From Octopus bimaculoides (lineage: Eukaryota), in contig NC_068982.1 of the NCBI RefSeq assembly GCF_001194135.2, positions 128,133,696-128,197,695 on the forward strand: a stretch of 64,000 nucleotides of DNA. The letters are read 5' to 3'. Position 1 is the stretch's first letter. Every line of letters starts with the position of its first letter. A program made the position numbers and the translations under genes. This document shows positions 26,471 to 38,164 of this stretch, one piece after another. The notes beneath the pieces were generated by a model that was not told the DNA's origin, searched no databases, and saw nothing but the letters and a program-made list of their open reading frames with translations.

Positions 26471-27631
26471 ATGCAAGTGGTATCATTCATTTCTACTTTT
26501 CCATGAAAGCATTTTCTAGTCTTGGGAAAATATTATCTTACTTGTGGAAACTGGTGAGGGTTGGTGGCAGGAAGGGCAGCCAACCTTAAAAAATCCACCA
26601 CAACAAATTCCATCTGACCCACGTGAGCATGGAAAAGTGGATGTTAAAATGATGATGATAAAGCAACGGTAATGGGATGAGTTGGATGATTACAACATAT
26701 CTTTAACAGAGAAGAAAACACAATCTCATTAAAAGAAGTCTATCATGTTTAGCAGATATGGTTTCTAAGAAAAAGAAGCTGTGTTTGTTTTTTTAATCTA
26801 GAATATGATTACTTTGAGAATGCAGCATTTAAAATAATGTTTTCTCAAATATATACATTAAATTACCATTTCAGAAGTAAACTACTGTAACCATTATTGA
26901 ATATAAATAACAGATTCTATGTTTAGGCAAACAGTCGTCATACTTATTAATTTTAGGTTTAGTTAAAGTAAAGCACTTAGTAAATCTGGACAGCTAAATG
27001 AAATGTCATCAATGTACATGTTAGGGAGAAATACCATCACCATCGTTGTTTTTACATCCCATTTTCTGTGCTTGCATGAGTTTGACAGAATTCACTGAGG
27101 TGGACTTTCTAGTCAGACACCTTTCCTGTTGTCAACCTTCACTTGTTTCCAAATAAGGTAATACTTTCGCATGGCCAGACATGATATCATGGAAGATTAG
27201 AAATGAAGGGCACAGCACACATGACAGGAAAGTAATTCTTATATACAACTGTCACATAATGTCAAGTCTGCTTGCATGCAGACACACACACACACATGCC
27301 TGACCGTTTACAGTTTCCATCTTTCAAGTTCACACATTCACTCAAAACTTTGGTCAGACTTGTGGAGACACTTGTAGGTGCTGTGTTGAGGGACTGAAAC
27401 TGAAACCACATGGTTGAGAAAGAAACTTCTTAACCACACAACAATGCGTGTATCTAAAGAATAAATATTTTAAACTTCATTATCAGGCCATTGTGTATAT
27501 TTTGTTAGCATTTTCAATACTACTTTGGACATTTTGTTGAAGATAAGTTTCGATTGAAAGATATTTTTTAAATCTTTTTATTTCATCAAGGATTTTTATA
27601 TGTATATGCATATATATTTTCTATTTCTAAG

Positions 27632-27718
27632 GCTCAAGCCAGGAATACTCAAATGCAAGAACTCAATCGGTTTGTTCATTTCTATACTCGATTTAAGAAC
27701 CACGAAAATAGCTACAAG
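27632..27718 (+). CDS. ANKIB1: ANKIB1 exon: start of Ariadne domain ([29 protein letters not shown])
   Basis: tttctaAG acceptor, GTAAGT donor, 87 nt phase 0/0; matches [21 protein letters not shown]. Confidence 0.93.
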
Positions 27719-28064
27719 GTAAGTTCAAGTTATGTGATTTGTAATTGGTCATTATTAAAGGTCATGAAATTAAAATCTGAAAACTCAACTGTTACTTCAG
27801 AATCACATTCTGGTGAATTAATTTGATGAGTATAAATTAATTAATGAAATGATGTGTGGTTATGGATATTAGTTCAGATAAAGTACACAACAGGTGAAAT
27901 AAGTGCAAAACGAATAGTTTTTAGCAAAGAATATCCTAGAATAGAATAATTGAAAGCTGAACAAAAAAGTTCTGTCTTGTTCTACCTATCAATTAATGAG
28001 ACGAAAACTTCATTAAAAAGTGTTATTGGTTAAAATAACTTTGTTATCCACATAGACATTGAGC

Positions 28065-28225
28065 TGGCAGAATCATTAGCAGATAAAGTGAAATGCTTAC
28101 CAGTATTTCATCCGTCCTTATGTTCTGAGTTCAAACTCTGCCATGGTCAACTTTGCTATTCATATTTTCGGAGTCGATAAAATAAATATCAATCAAGCTC
28201 TGGGGTCAATGTAATTGACTTAACC
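28065..28225 (+). mobile_element. Family A SINE (partial)
   Basis: gagctggcagaatcattagc...gagttcaaactc...ggagtcgataaaata...ggggtcaatgtaatt. Confidence 0.75.
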
Positions 28226-28528
28226 AATCCTGGATATGAGTATAAAAGCTGCATCCCTCTGCCAAGCCATGTTGAGTCAGTGTGGCAGAGTAGGCTCATC
28301 AAACCAGAATGATCCCTAGCTCAAATTCATGGCCTCCACATCAGACCATGGCTGGTGGAAAGAACATGCTAAGGCCTTTGGCCTGCAGTAGACTGAACAG
28401 AGGCAATCCAATCCAATCCACAATATTTCAACTTACAGTGTAAATGTTTTGAAATTCCTTTATCTTTTGAGTTTCTGCTTCAGCAACATCAGATGAAATT
28501 GTTTGTCACTTGCTTTCCTTTAAATAAA

Positions 28529-28872
28529 TACTAGCTGACCCCCATAGATAGTCTGTAGTTTAATTAGAAACAACCACCAAGTGTTAAATTGTTGTGTGTG
28601 TGAGTACCAGAAGTGTTTGTTTAGAATCTCTCTCTCACACACTTTTATCATCCCCTTAGTACTTCAATACAATAGAAGCTAGAAGACTGATAAAGAGATG
28701 TGTATGTGCCAATACCATTCATTTGAATTTCTCTCTGTTTGTCCCTCCCTCTGTCCCCCTTCTCTCTTTCTCTCTCTCTCTCTCATGTGCACACTTCTAC
28801 CATTTCCTATCCACAGCATGACAGATTGTTTATCCCACAAGAATCCGTTGTTAGCATTTTAATATAATAGAT
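28529..28872 (+). mobile_element. Possible Helentron-associated (DINE-1/HINE-like) non-autonomous element
   Basis: Starts atACTAGCTGACCCC, has an internal (TC)n microsatellite and ends ttttaatataatagat; assignment from architecture only. Confidence 0.4.
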
Positions 28873-30371
28873 CGTAGTGTTCATTCAAGATATCAAATTG
28901 ATAGTGTTGTTGTTACGGTATGGGATACAATACCTTATGCATTCTGAGTTCAAGTCCTACTGAGGTCAACATTGTTTTTCAGACTCAATCCAGAGCAAGA
29001 GTTTGGGGGATTTATTAAAGCCTCAGTATCTGTTCCAACCCTTTGCATTTTGACCGCAATACCTGCAATGACATTAGTGCCAAGCTGTGTCAGCCCTAAA
29101 GTACCAGACTTTCTCTTGGATAAACATAACTAAAAGTCTTCTACATAAAAAAAACCTTGCCCAGTCAAGTGTATGTATGTGCCAATATACTCTGCCCAGT
29201 GGAGGCCCTTATCATTGGCTATTTAATAACATAATAATATAATTGTACGGCTGTGTACCACAATACCTGTGAAGTATTCATTTCATTAATACTAATTGTT
29301 AATCATTTGTGATTTTGTTACCATATTTCTGTTGAAATATACTGCTTTTGTTTTAATTAAGTTTGGAAATAGTGAAGAATTTAGCAAATTAACTCATTAT
29401 TAAGAGAGGGTTTGGAACATAAATTAATATGAAATTTTGATGGAAAGTTCTATTGTAGATCGCTTTAAAACAGAAAGTTTCTATCAAGGAACCAGAGGTA
29501 GACTTGGGCGGGTGTGTATTGAAAGGGTTAAACCCATCTTGTATAGTGAATGGCATATAATGTTTTGTAGAAATCCCAATAAAAATGTGATGATAAAACA
29601 TACAAATACTACCACTTAAAAGCCATATGAAATAGAAATAGACAATTTATATTGAAAATTCTTCTTAAAAGGATTGTACAAATTCACTCTTGAAAATGTC
29701 AATGTTTTATTATCCTCTGGATTTTACTTTTTCCCATCCGTTTTATGGATTCCTTTGAGGGAATACTCTGTTAGCTACTATTACTGATATTCTTACTAAC
29801 TTGTCCTAAACTTCATTTTTGATTTCAAATTTAAACACTTCTAAATATTCCTTATACTAAAAAGTAATTTTAAAGAAAACTTTAAAACACTGCCCCCCCC
29901 CCCACACACACACACTTTTCTCTCTCTCTCTCTCTCATTTCAGCATCTATAATCTATGAGCTTGGTTTATTTTCCGTTCTATTTCATGATTTCATTGCTG
30001 CTCACTTCACAAGTGAGCACATAATCTGAAGGCAAGATATTGTAATACCGGCTTTTTTTTTTTTGTGTGTGTGATTTTTTTTTTTTAACTCCTTTCTCTC
30101 TTCTCATTTCCACCTGTGTTTCTTTACTTCTTCCATTCTTTAGATTATCTTCACTGCTCCTTTAAGTCATTTCTGAGTATTTTAAATCTTCCTGCACCTC
30201 TTTTTCTTTGAAGTTGTCTCCCACCTTTTTCATGCTCACTAACTTCCTTAATGTTTGAATTTTAGCAGTTTATGAATGTAACACAATTATATTCCCCCCC
30301 CCCCATACCACCCATAAATATATAACCAAGGGCTGTGTAAAAACAATAAACATTTTGTGTATTCTATGTAG

Positions 30372-30441
30372 CTTGAAGTACCACTCCTGAATACTGCTAA
30401 AGAAAAAATGATGAAGTTAGCTGAAGCTGTGACTGATCATG
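30372..30441 (+). CDS. ANKIB1: ANKIB1 exon: Ariadne domain (LEVPLLNTAKEKMMKLAEAVTDH)
   Basis: tatgtAG acceptor, GTAAGT donor, 70 nt phase 0/1; matches LEQRLLKTAKEKMEQL. Confidence 0.92.
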
Positions 30442-32606
30442 GTAAGTACATTCTCATAAATTTCTCTAACATTCCTAATCATCTTTTATTGTACATGCTC
30501 TTCCGAATAATGACATACTCAGTAACTTTACTACAAAGTTAATCTTGTTCTAAATAGTTTCTTCTTTACAAGACACAAAATATATGCTAGTGTGGCTTTC
30601 TCTTTCATTTCCAGGTTTTATTCAAAACAGCTTTATCATATTTCTATTTTTGTATTTGGTTTGCAAGATTCTTGATGCAAACATATGTTGAAACGTTTTG
30701 TCGCATCTCGATAGGATCATTATTCCAATAATAAACACACACACACTGGTTCGTCATCATTCATGACCTCACCAATAACAAGCTCCCTCTACTCCACATC
30801 TGCTGTAGGTCACAGAATGGCTACAAAAGGACTTTGATATACCTTGTTGATTGATAGATTGACTGAATAATTAATCAAAGAATTGGTTAGACAATTGGTT
30901 AAATGGCTAACCAATTGACTAATAATGATAAAAATGGTGTGTTTTTTTAAACTCTATATTTATTATTGACAAAACAGCCTTCGTGGGGTACAGCAAAAGA
31001 TTTATCATAATCCTCACAAAATATATGGTGGGTCAGATGGCAGTCAGTGATTGTAAGTTTCTCATAAGCATAAATATAAAGATAGTTGGATGAACATAAT
31101 TGTTACAGGGAATGAGCAAGAGATTAATGGAATTTGCTTTGCAGTAAAAGATGCATATTAAGTTTGTATTTGAAAGATGATGGCTTGAGTCAAAACTGTA
31201 CAACTTGGATGTTGGAGAATTAAAAAGGAGATATTGTTGGAAGATGATCAGAGAATGGATTTTTTTTTTTTTTTAATCTTTTCTGGCATCTTGGGCAAGC
31301 ATCTTCTACCAGTCTCAGGTCTGTGAGTGATTTTAGTAGAAAGGAATCATATGGAATCCTGTTGTGTATGTGTGTGCATCTTTGTGTTTGTCCCCACCAC
31401 CACCATCACCACTCGACAGCTGGTGCTGGTTTATTTAAAAGAGACCAATAGAAAAAGAACCAGATGTGAAAAAACAAAAAAAGTATTGGGGTCAATTTGT
31501 TCAGCTAAACCTTTCAAGGCAGTGCCCCACCATGACCACTGTCCAGTAACTGAAACAAGTAAAAGCTACAAGATTCATTATTGTTTTGTTTCTGTTTTGT
31601 CTAAAACTAAACTGAGATACAAAGGTTATTGGTAGTTTGTGTATGGCTATTTGAGTGTAAGATGACTAAGATGGGTCTCTTGTCTTTATAATAGAGATAG
31701 TTGTTTGTCAATTGTAATTGTTTCATTCATTTAATAACCATTTTTCCATATTGTATGTGTTGAATGGGGGAGTTATTTGAGATTATGATTTTTATGACCA
31801 AATGCTCTTCTTGTCTCCAAACTTTACTTGTTTCTCCAAGAAAGGGAATGTTTGTTTTTATTCCAGTGCTCCTCTAAAGAGTAGAATGACCAGTCATTGT
31901 CAACATCAACACACACACAGATACATATATCATCATCATCATCATACATCTGTTTTTCTATGTTGACTCAAAGGGAGTTAGCAAGCCAGAGAACTGCACC
32001 AAGATCCAAAGTCTGCTTTGGCATGATTTCTCCAACTGGAAGCCCTTCTTAACTCCAACCACTTTACAGAGTTTACTGGGTTCCTTTTTCATATGGCACT
32101 GCCACTAGTGAGCTCACCTAGTAACTTTCAAGACACAGCCCCTTGACTGAGGTGTAGTATTGAGAGAGGTGGCTTTATGTTAGGCGATGAGAGGCTTTTG
32201 TATGACAAAGGGACAGAAACGGATGTCTACACACAGACACACACGATTCCTGTTGTTGTGTGCCAAATCCACACATAAGGTATCAGTCAGCCTAGGAAGA
32301 CACTTAAATGGCTTTATATTTTAGTCTCTCTTCATGATTCTACATATATTGTATCTATTGTTGCGTCATATAGTTTCCTTCTCTTACATTGAGTAACTAC
32401 TATAATGAAAAGGTTTACATGGTATTATGCATTAGAATCAAGCTGCAAATTTGCATAACAGGGGGAATTGATAAACGTTGATGTCAGCTTCAAGTACATG
32501 AGCAGCATTAATGAAACAACTCCAACTCAACTGGGTAATAGATTTAGTTCACTGGGAATTTATTGCTGTTTAATGATATTGGAATAACTGGAAGAGATCC
32601 GTGTGA

Positions 32607-32640
<34 letters not shown>

Positions 32641-33414
32641 GAGTTGATGTAGATTAATAATTTGGAAGGCAAATGTGGGCAAGAGGGGTTCTGAAGATGA
32701 AAGATTAAATAATCAAATAATGGGCTTAGTACAGAATATTAGAAATTATATGCAATGGGTTTGAAGATAGATCTGAAGCATTAAATAGATTTAGGTGACA
32801 TTAAGGAAGAGCAAAAGGCATTGTATCCAAGAGGTAAAGAATGAATACAACTTATTGGACCAGAGTTTGAAGAGTGTTGGTGAGTGAGGCTTGACTGTCA
32901 AGTGGGTAACATTTTTCTTAAGTTTACAATATATGTGTTTAGAAAGATATGTAATATTTTGAAAGGAGTTAGAAATTGTTTGAGGAAAAAGTAATTTTCA
33001 TCTTAAAATAAAATAACCAAGTGCTTATGAAGCATACTCTGCTACATGAAAAATATGGAATGTCTTTATGAAACTTAGTTAAAAAATATCTAACCTAGCA
33101 TTTGTATGTTGTTTTGATTGTATACTGTTGCTGTTGAGAAGGATTGCAATATTGTGGATTTCTTTCCTAAATTTTCATAGTATGAAATTCTTGAGTTCCC
33201 ACTTTAGGAAAGTCATGTGGATGTTGAAGTTGCTTGTGAAAGTCTGATATGAAAAGATATGACACATATCATGAGTTTATCCTTCTCTGTGAGAAAAAGG
33301 TTTTTCTACACCTCTTGTATCTCACTCATAGAAAAGTGAAATACCTGCTTGTGTAACCTATTTCTCCACACTTATCAAAGCTGTTATGAAACTTAAATTT
33401 GTTTTTAATTGCAG

Positions 33415-33557
33415 TATCTGCCAAATTGGAGACCAAATTTGTTGAAGATGCTGTTCATCAGTTGTTGAAAGCAAGATGTGTTTTAAAGTGTTCTTATGTC
33501 TATGCATACTATTTGGATGGCCCAGGCTACAAAAAAATAGTGTTTGAATGTATGCAG
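33415..33557 (+). CDS. ANKIB1: ANKIB1 exon: Ariadne domain (VSAKLETKFVEDAVHQLLKARCVLKCSYVYAYYLDGPGYKKIVFECMQ)
   Basis: ttgcAG acceptor, GTATAT donor, phase 1/0; matches [29 protein letters not shown]...KKEIFELMQ. Confidence 0.93.
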
Positions 33558-33560
33558 GTA

Positions 33561-33590
33561 TATTATTATTATTATTATTATTATTATTAT
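33561..33590 (+). repeat. (TAT)10 immediately after an ANKIB1 splice donor
   Basis: Direct reading. Confidence 0.95.
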
Positions 33591-33686
33591 CATGATATAT
33601 TTTTTATCATTCTCCTTCGCATCATGTCAAGATTTATTCACAATTTACTTATTTTTTGTCTGGGTTTTTATGTTTTCTTATTTCAG

Positions 33687-33899
33687 ACAGAGTTGGAAGA
33701 ATGTACTGAAATTTTATCTCAGATAGTAAACCGTCTTTATCTGCGGACTCCACGTAGAAGAATAATTGAACAAGCTCATGTAGTTCAGCGTAAGAGACAT
33801 GAATTTATTGCTGCAATTGTGAAAGGTTTGGTACCTCCTGAAACACCACCAGCCATGCGAAAACGCAAAAGAAAAAAATATAGTATAGATCTGGAAGAT
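33687..33899 (+). CDS. ANKIB1: ANKIB1 exon: end of Ariadne domain and basic cluster (TELEECTEILSQIVNRLYLRTPRRRII...PPETPPAMRKRKRKKYSIDLED)
   Basis: tttcAG acceptor, GTAAGT donor, 213 nt phase 0/0; matches [27 protein letters not shown]...QQKRQEF. Confidence 0.93.
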
Positions 33900-34044
33900 G
33901 TAAGTATATAAAATATTACCAACTTCATTATGTCATTGGTCTATTGTATGCTTTTTCACACATGTTCCAAAATAAAATTCATAAACATCCAAAAATGTTA
34001 GCAAAATTATGCAAAATTTCAAAAAAATGTTATGCTTTCATTTA

Positions 34045-34887
34045 TGAGGTGGTATCAAAAAGTTCTCAGACTATTTCTATAGCATGCCAACAGATGACAG
34101 CACATGGTTGTGTGCACAGTGAGAGCTTGCAGTGACCTTCATGAAGCAGTGTGCTGAGTGACTTTGTGATCACATGTATGTCGTAGTCTGTGATTCTATC
34201 ATGGACAGAAAGTTGGAACAAAGAGCCAATGTGAAATTTTGCATTAAACTTGGGAAGTCTGCTACAGAGACATTGAGCATTCTTCGGCAAGCTTATGACA
34301 ATGAGGCAGTGGGTTGTACACAATGTTTTGATTGTCATGGGTGCTTCAAAAGTGGAAGAACACTTCTGGAAGATGATGAGCGATCTGAAAGACTTGTCAC
34401 GAGCATCACCTCCACTAGGAAATGTGGAGAAAATTCATCAGCTTGTACATGAGGATCATCAGAAGACAATCAATGCTGTTTTGAAGCATTTGAGGGAGGA
34501 CATTTGGCAAAAGCGACTGGATCTTTAGAGCGCAAGATGACAATGCACCCTGTCACTGAGCTTTCCTCGCTTATGAGTTTCTCACCAAAAACAACTTGGT
34601 ATTGCTTCTGCACCCACCTTATTCACCAGATTTAACTCCTATGAACTGCCATCTCTTACCTAAGATGAAAATGCAGCTCAAAGGTCACTGTTGTTGAGAT
34701 CCAGAGTGAATTGCAGAAGGTCCTCAACTCACTTACAGAAAAATGACTTCCAGGCTGAATTTGAAAAGTAGCAGGAACACTGGGACTGGTGTGTTACTGT
34801 ACAAGGTGACTATTTCAAAACTAAGGTAAATAAGCTAGTTTTATTTATTAAAGATAACTATTCTGGGAACCATTTGATACCACATCA
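34045..34887 (+). mobile_element. Internally deleted mariner (irritans-like) in an ANKIB1 intron
   Basis: TIR TGAgGTGGTATCAAAaaGTTCtCAGA vs TGAtGTGGTATCAAAtgGTTCcCAGA; TA at 34043-44 and 34888-89. N-terminus EQRANVKFCIKLGKSATET, then DNAP and HPPYSPDL motifs; middle of the transposase missing (843 bp total). Confidence 0.88.
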
Positions 34888-35007
34888 TATTTGCATTTCA
34901 TAAGTTTAATGAATTTAAATTAAACTTAAGAAATTATTCAGCTCACATATTTTTTTCTTTTAAATTTTTCAGTTGAATAACTGTTCTAAATTTCTATTTC
35001 TTTCTAG

Positions 35008-35179
35008 GAAGAACTACGTAAAGCTATCTTGGCATCTATTCAAGAAGTTGATCCTGCCAATCCTTGGATAAAAGATGCTTCAGGTCGACACACCAATGTC
35101 ATGGCTGTTCTGGACTGGCCAGATTCAGACAGTGACAGTTCAGAAGCTGATACGACTGGAACCTCACTGAAATCTATTG
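35008..35179 (+). CDS. ANKIB1: ANKIB1 exon: UIM-like motif 1 and acidic/Ser linker (EELRKAILASIQEVDPANPWIKDASGRHTNVMAVLDWPDSDSDSSEADTTGTSLKSI)
   Basis: ttctAG acceptor after a pyrimidine tract, G|GTATTA donor, phase 0/1 consistent with neighbours; EDEE-L-xx-A-xxx-S-xx-E UIM pattern across the junction. Confidence 0.85.
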
Positions 35180-35787
35180 GTATTAAAATATTCACTAATT
35201 TACCATTATCCCACTTACATGTCTATTGGGTTACTAGAATCCATTTAGCTGTAAGGTTAACTCTCTTTTTACAGTATTTTTGTTTTTATATCATATATTG
35301 TTTCTTTCATTTGCTTTAGGGGAATTGCTTGCTTCCAATTATATTTCTCATTACTTTTGCTGTTAACTTTCTCTTTATCTTTTATTTTGTTAGTAAACGA
35401 CTGCATTTCACTGCAGATGCATTTTCTATATACTATGTTATTATTCTTATCCTAGAATTCTTTAGCAATGCTAATTTACTAAAATGTCAGTTCTATGAAA
35501 CAAAATTCATTGCACACCTTTTAAAACCAACTTACCTCTTAGATATTTGTTAAACAGAAACAATATATTAAATATATATATCTTACATTGTTGTTCCTAA
35601 TCTGGTTCATTCTAGTTAACTCTTCAAATTAGATTTCTATTTCTTCTTCGTGTTTCCTTTCTTCTCCATTGATCTATCCATTTGTCATCTGATGCCGTGA
35701 TTCTCACAACTTTGCTATATTCAGTTTTGGTCCTTTGCATTTGAACATTATAATAGCTAAGTTATCAGTTAGGGTTGTGTTTTTTAG

Positions 35788-35913
35788 GGAAATGTTCCCG
35801 TTCTGGCTGCAGTCGTCTTCAGGCTTTGAATCCTCGGACTGGAATCTTACATGATCACTGCAGTCTTCATTGCTTGCATTTGGATCACCAGAAGAATAAT
35901 AGCAAGCAACAAG
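35788..35913 (+). CDS. ANKIB1: ANKIB1 exon: Cys/His cluster (GKCSRSGCSRLQALNPRTGILHDHCSLHCLHLDHQKNNSKQQ)
   Basis: tttttAG acceptor, phase 1 entry, GC-richer than flanks. The donor AAG|GTTGGA at 35914 is the only phase-1 GT before the in-frame stop, so the 3' boundary is less certain. Confidence 0.72.
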
Positions 35914-38164
35914 GTTGGATGATGATTTTTACACAGAATAGATAATAATTCTGATCTTCTCGTTCCGTCTTCTGAAAGTACTTTCACATTTGTGGATTCT
36001 GATACATTCTACAACTCAGGCAGAAATTCCAAATTTCAATTTGTTATGTATAAAAATTTAGCAACATTTCATCTTATTTGTAGAATTTATTTTTAAAGAT
36101 TAAAATGTATTAAAAAAAATTAGATTGAAACCTTGCAATGTATTCTTTTACTATCTAATTAAATTCTCCTATACTAATTAATTTATGGTTTATAATTTCT
36201 GAAATTATTCCACATAGTTTATTGTTGTAGCCATCATTTTAATCCTGCAATATTCCCAGTTATTTTACTGTGTTCAATAGTATTGAGCTTGTCACATCTG
36301 CTAAGTTTGATGTTGCATAAAATCAGACTCAATTACAATATAGATGAAATGAATATAACATAGTTTCTCTCAGACAGATGAAGAACTCAGGCACATTTAA
36401 TTTGTGTTGACATCTTTTGTATCTGAATTGAAAAATGATATTTCCTTGAATATTTATATATGATTAATATTATTTATTAATAAGTTTATAAAAGTGCATT
36501 TATTTCTGTTGGATCCCAAAGTATAAACATTAAACTAAAATGTTCTTAATAATTGTGAAAGGGTAATGTAATACTATAAAAGGAAGTTATTTATTAATCA
36601 CTTCAGATATTCTGTACAATTTGGCCCTCAAGGGGTAGTTCAAAAAATACCAGTTAAGCCTTGCTAGATTCGAACTGTTAGATATACTTTATATATTAGT
36701 CACAAGCTGTGTTTACAGAAAGTCTTATTACATTTCTATCACTCTTGTCATGTACAGACAAGTTGGAAGATATTACTTACTTTTAGTTTACATAGTAATA
36801 TATTTTGTAATTTACTTTCTGAATTTTGAGCTATGGTAGAGAAAGAACATGGTAATTTAATAATCTAGTTTTGGACACTTGAGGAGATATTCAGTTATTG
36901 CTTGCATGTGTTTGTTGATACAACCTTGCCAGTTTTATTTTGAAAAAAAATCAAAACAAAATGTCTTGTCAAAATACAAACACTCTTACAGAAATCTCAT
37001 TTCATGTTTCACTATCTCCAAGGACTTTGGTTCTACATCACTAACATCAAGCTATATTTTTCTTATAATTTATCACCTTTCTGGCTAATATACTAAAATG
37101 TGTTTCCTCTGTGATTATTAAATTACTTTTTTAACGGTTTCTAGAGTATGCCTCATATGTAAATTCACAGTTTTCTGAAAGTCTTTGTAAAGTTACTTTG
37201 TTTAAAAAAAAAAGAACAAAAAACTAAAGAAAAGTCTATGGTCTCTTTTCACAAGACTTTTACAGAATATTTCCCAATATTTTCTCAACTTTTATCTCAA
37301 TATTTCCTTCACTTTGAAGTGTCTTATTTACTTGTTGTTTCATGGAGGATCTATTTAAAGTTCATTTCTAGTTTTGAATTTTTGAAACAGCATAAAGTTT
37401 ATTTTGGGAGTTCTGATTCTCATTGCTTGTTTTGTGCACATTGATCACACCAACTGCACAACATAGAGTTCTAGCTTGGTCCTTTACTGCACACCCAAGA
37501 AAGACATTTTAACTGTGTTGTTCATGTTTGACAGCCAATAGAAAGCCCTTGAAGAAGATACATGTTGCAAGTTATTGTAATTATTGAGAAAAAAAAAATT
37601 AATTATTACTAAAATAACTGCTGTAAAAAAAAAAAAAAGAATATTTGCCAGTCTCCAATGAAGTCTTCTGAGCTATTTAAAGAATGGAACAAATTCTATG
37701 GTGACTAAGAAAAAAAGACATGCAGAAAATAGTTTTATGGAAATTAAATATAGGAATTGATACTATAAAGTAGCTTTGATTTGCAATAATAATGAAGAAA
37801 TATTTTACAGTTCTAAATAGAGACGAAAATAAAAGATGGTGAAAATAAGAAACATTTCATCAGTTGTACTGATAAAAGAAACAAGTTGCTTTTGTAATTC
37901 AAAGAAAATGCAAATAATTTTAACACAAATATTCTAAATAACTTTATTGTAATTTTATTTTACCATATTCCAAAATAATAGCATTTATGTTCAAGTTATA
38001 TCAATGAAATTGTTTTGAATGATGCAATGGATTGAAGTAGTATTTAATGAAAAGAGAGAATAAATATTGATTAAAAAAAAAACTAAAGAAATAAAAGCAG
38101 GCTTTCAATATTGACAGTGAATTTCCAAATTCATTAACAGATGTTCAACAATTTTCTGTTGTAG

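Noticed and set aside
33399-33911. 170-aa ORF as a single exon
   Set aside because: It is two exons plus a 129-nt intron (canonical GT-AG, homology resumes exactly at the junction); retention is reported separately as a finding.
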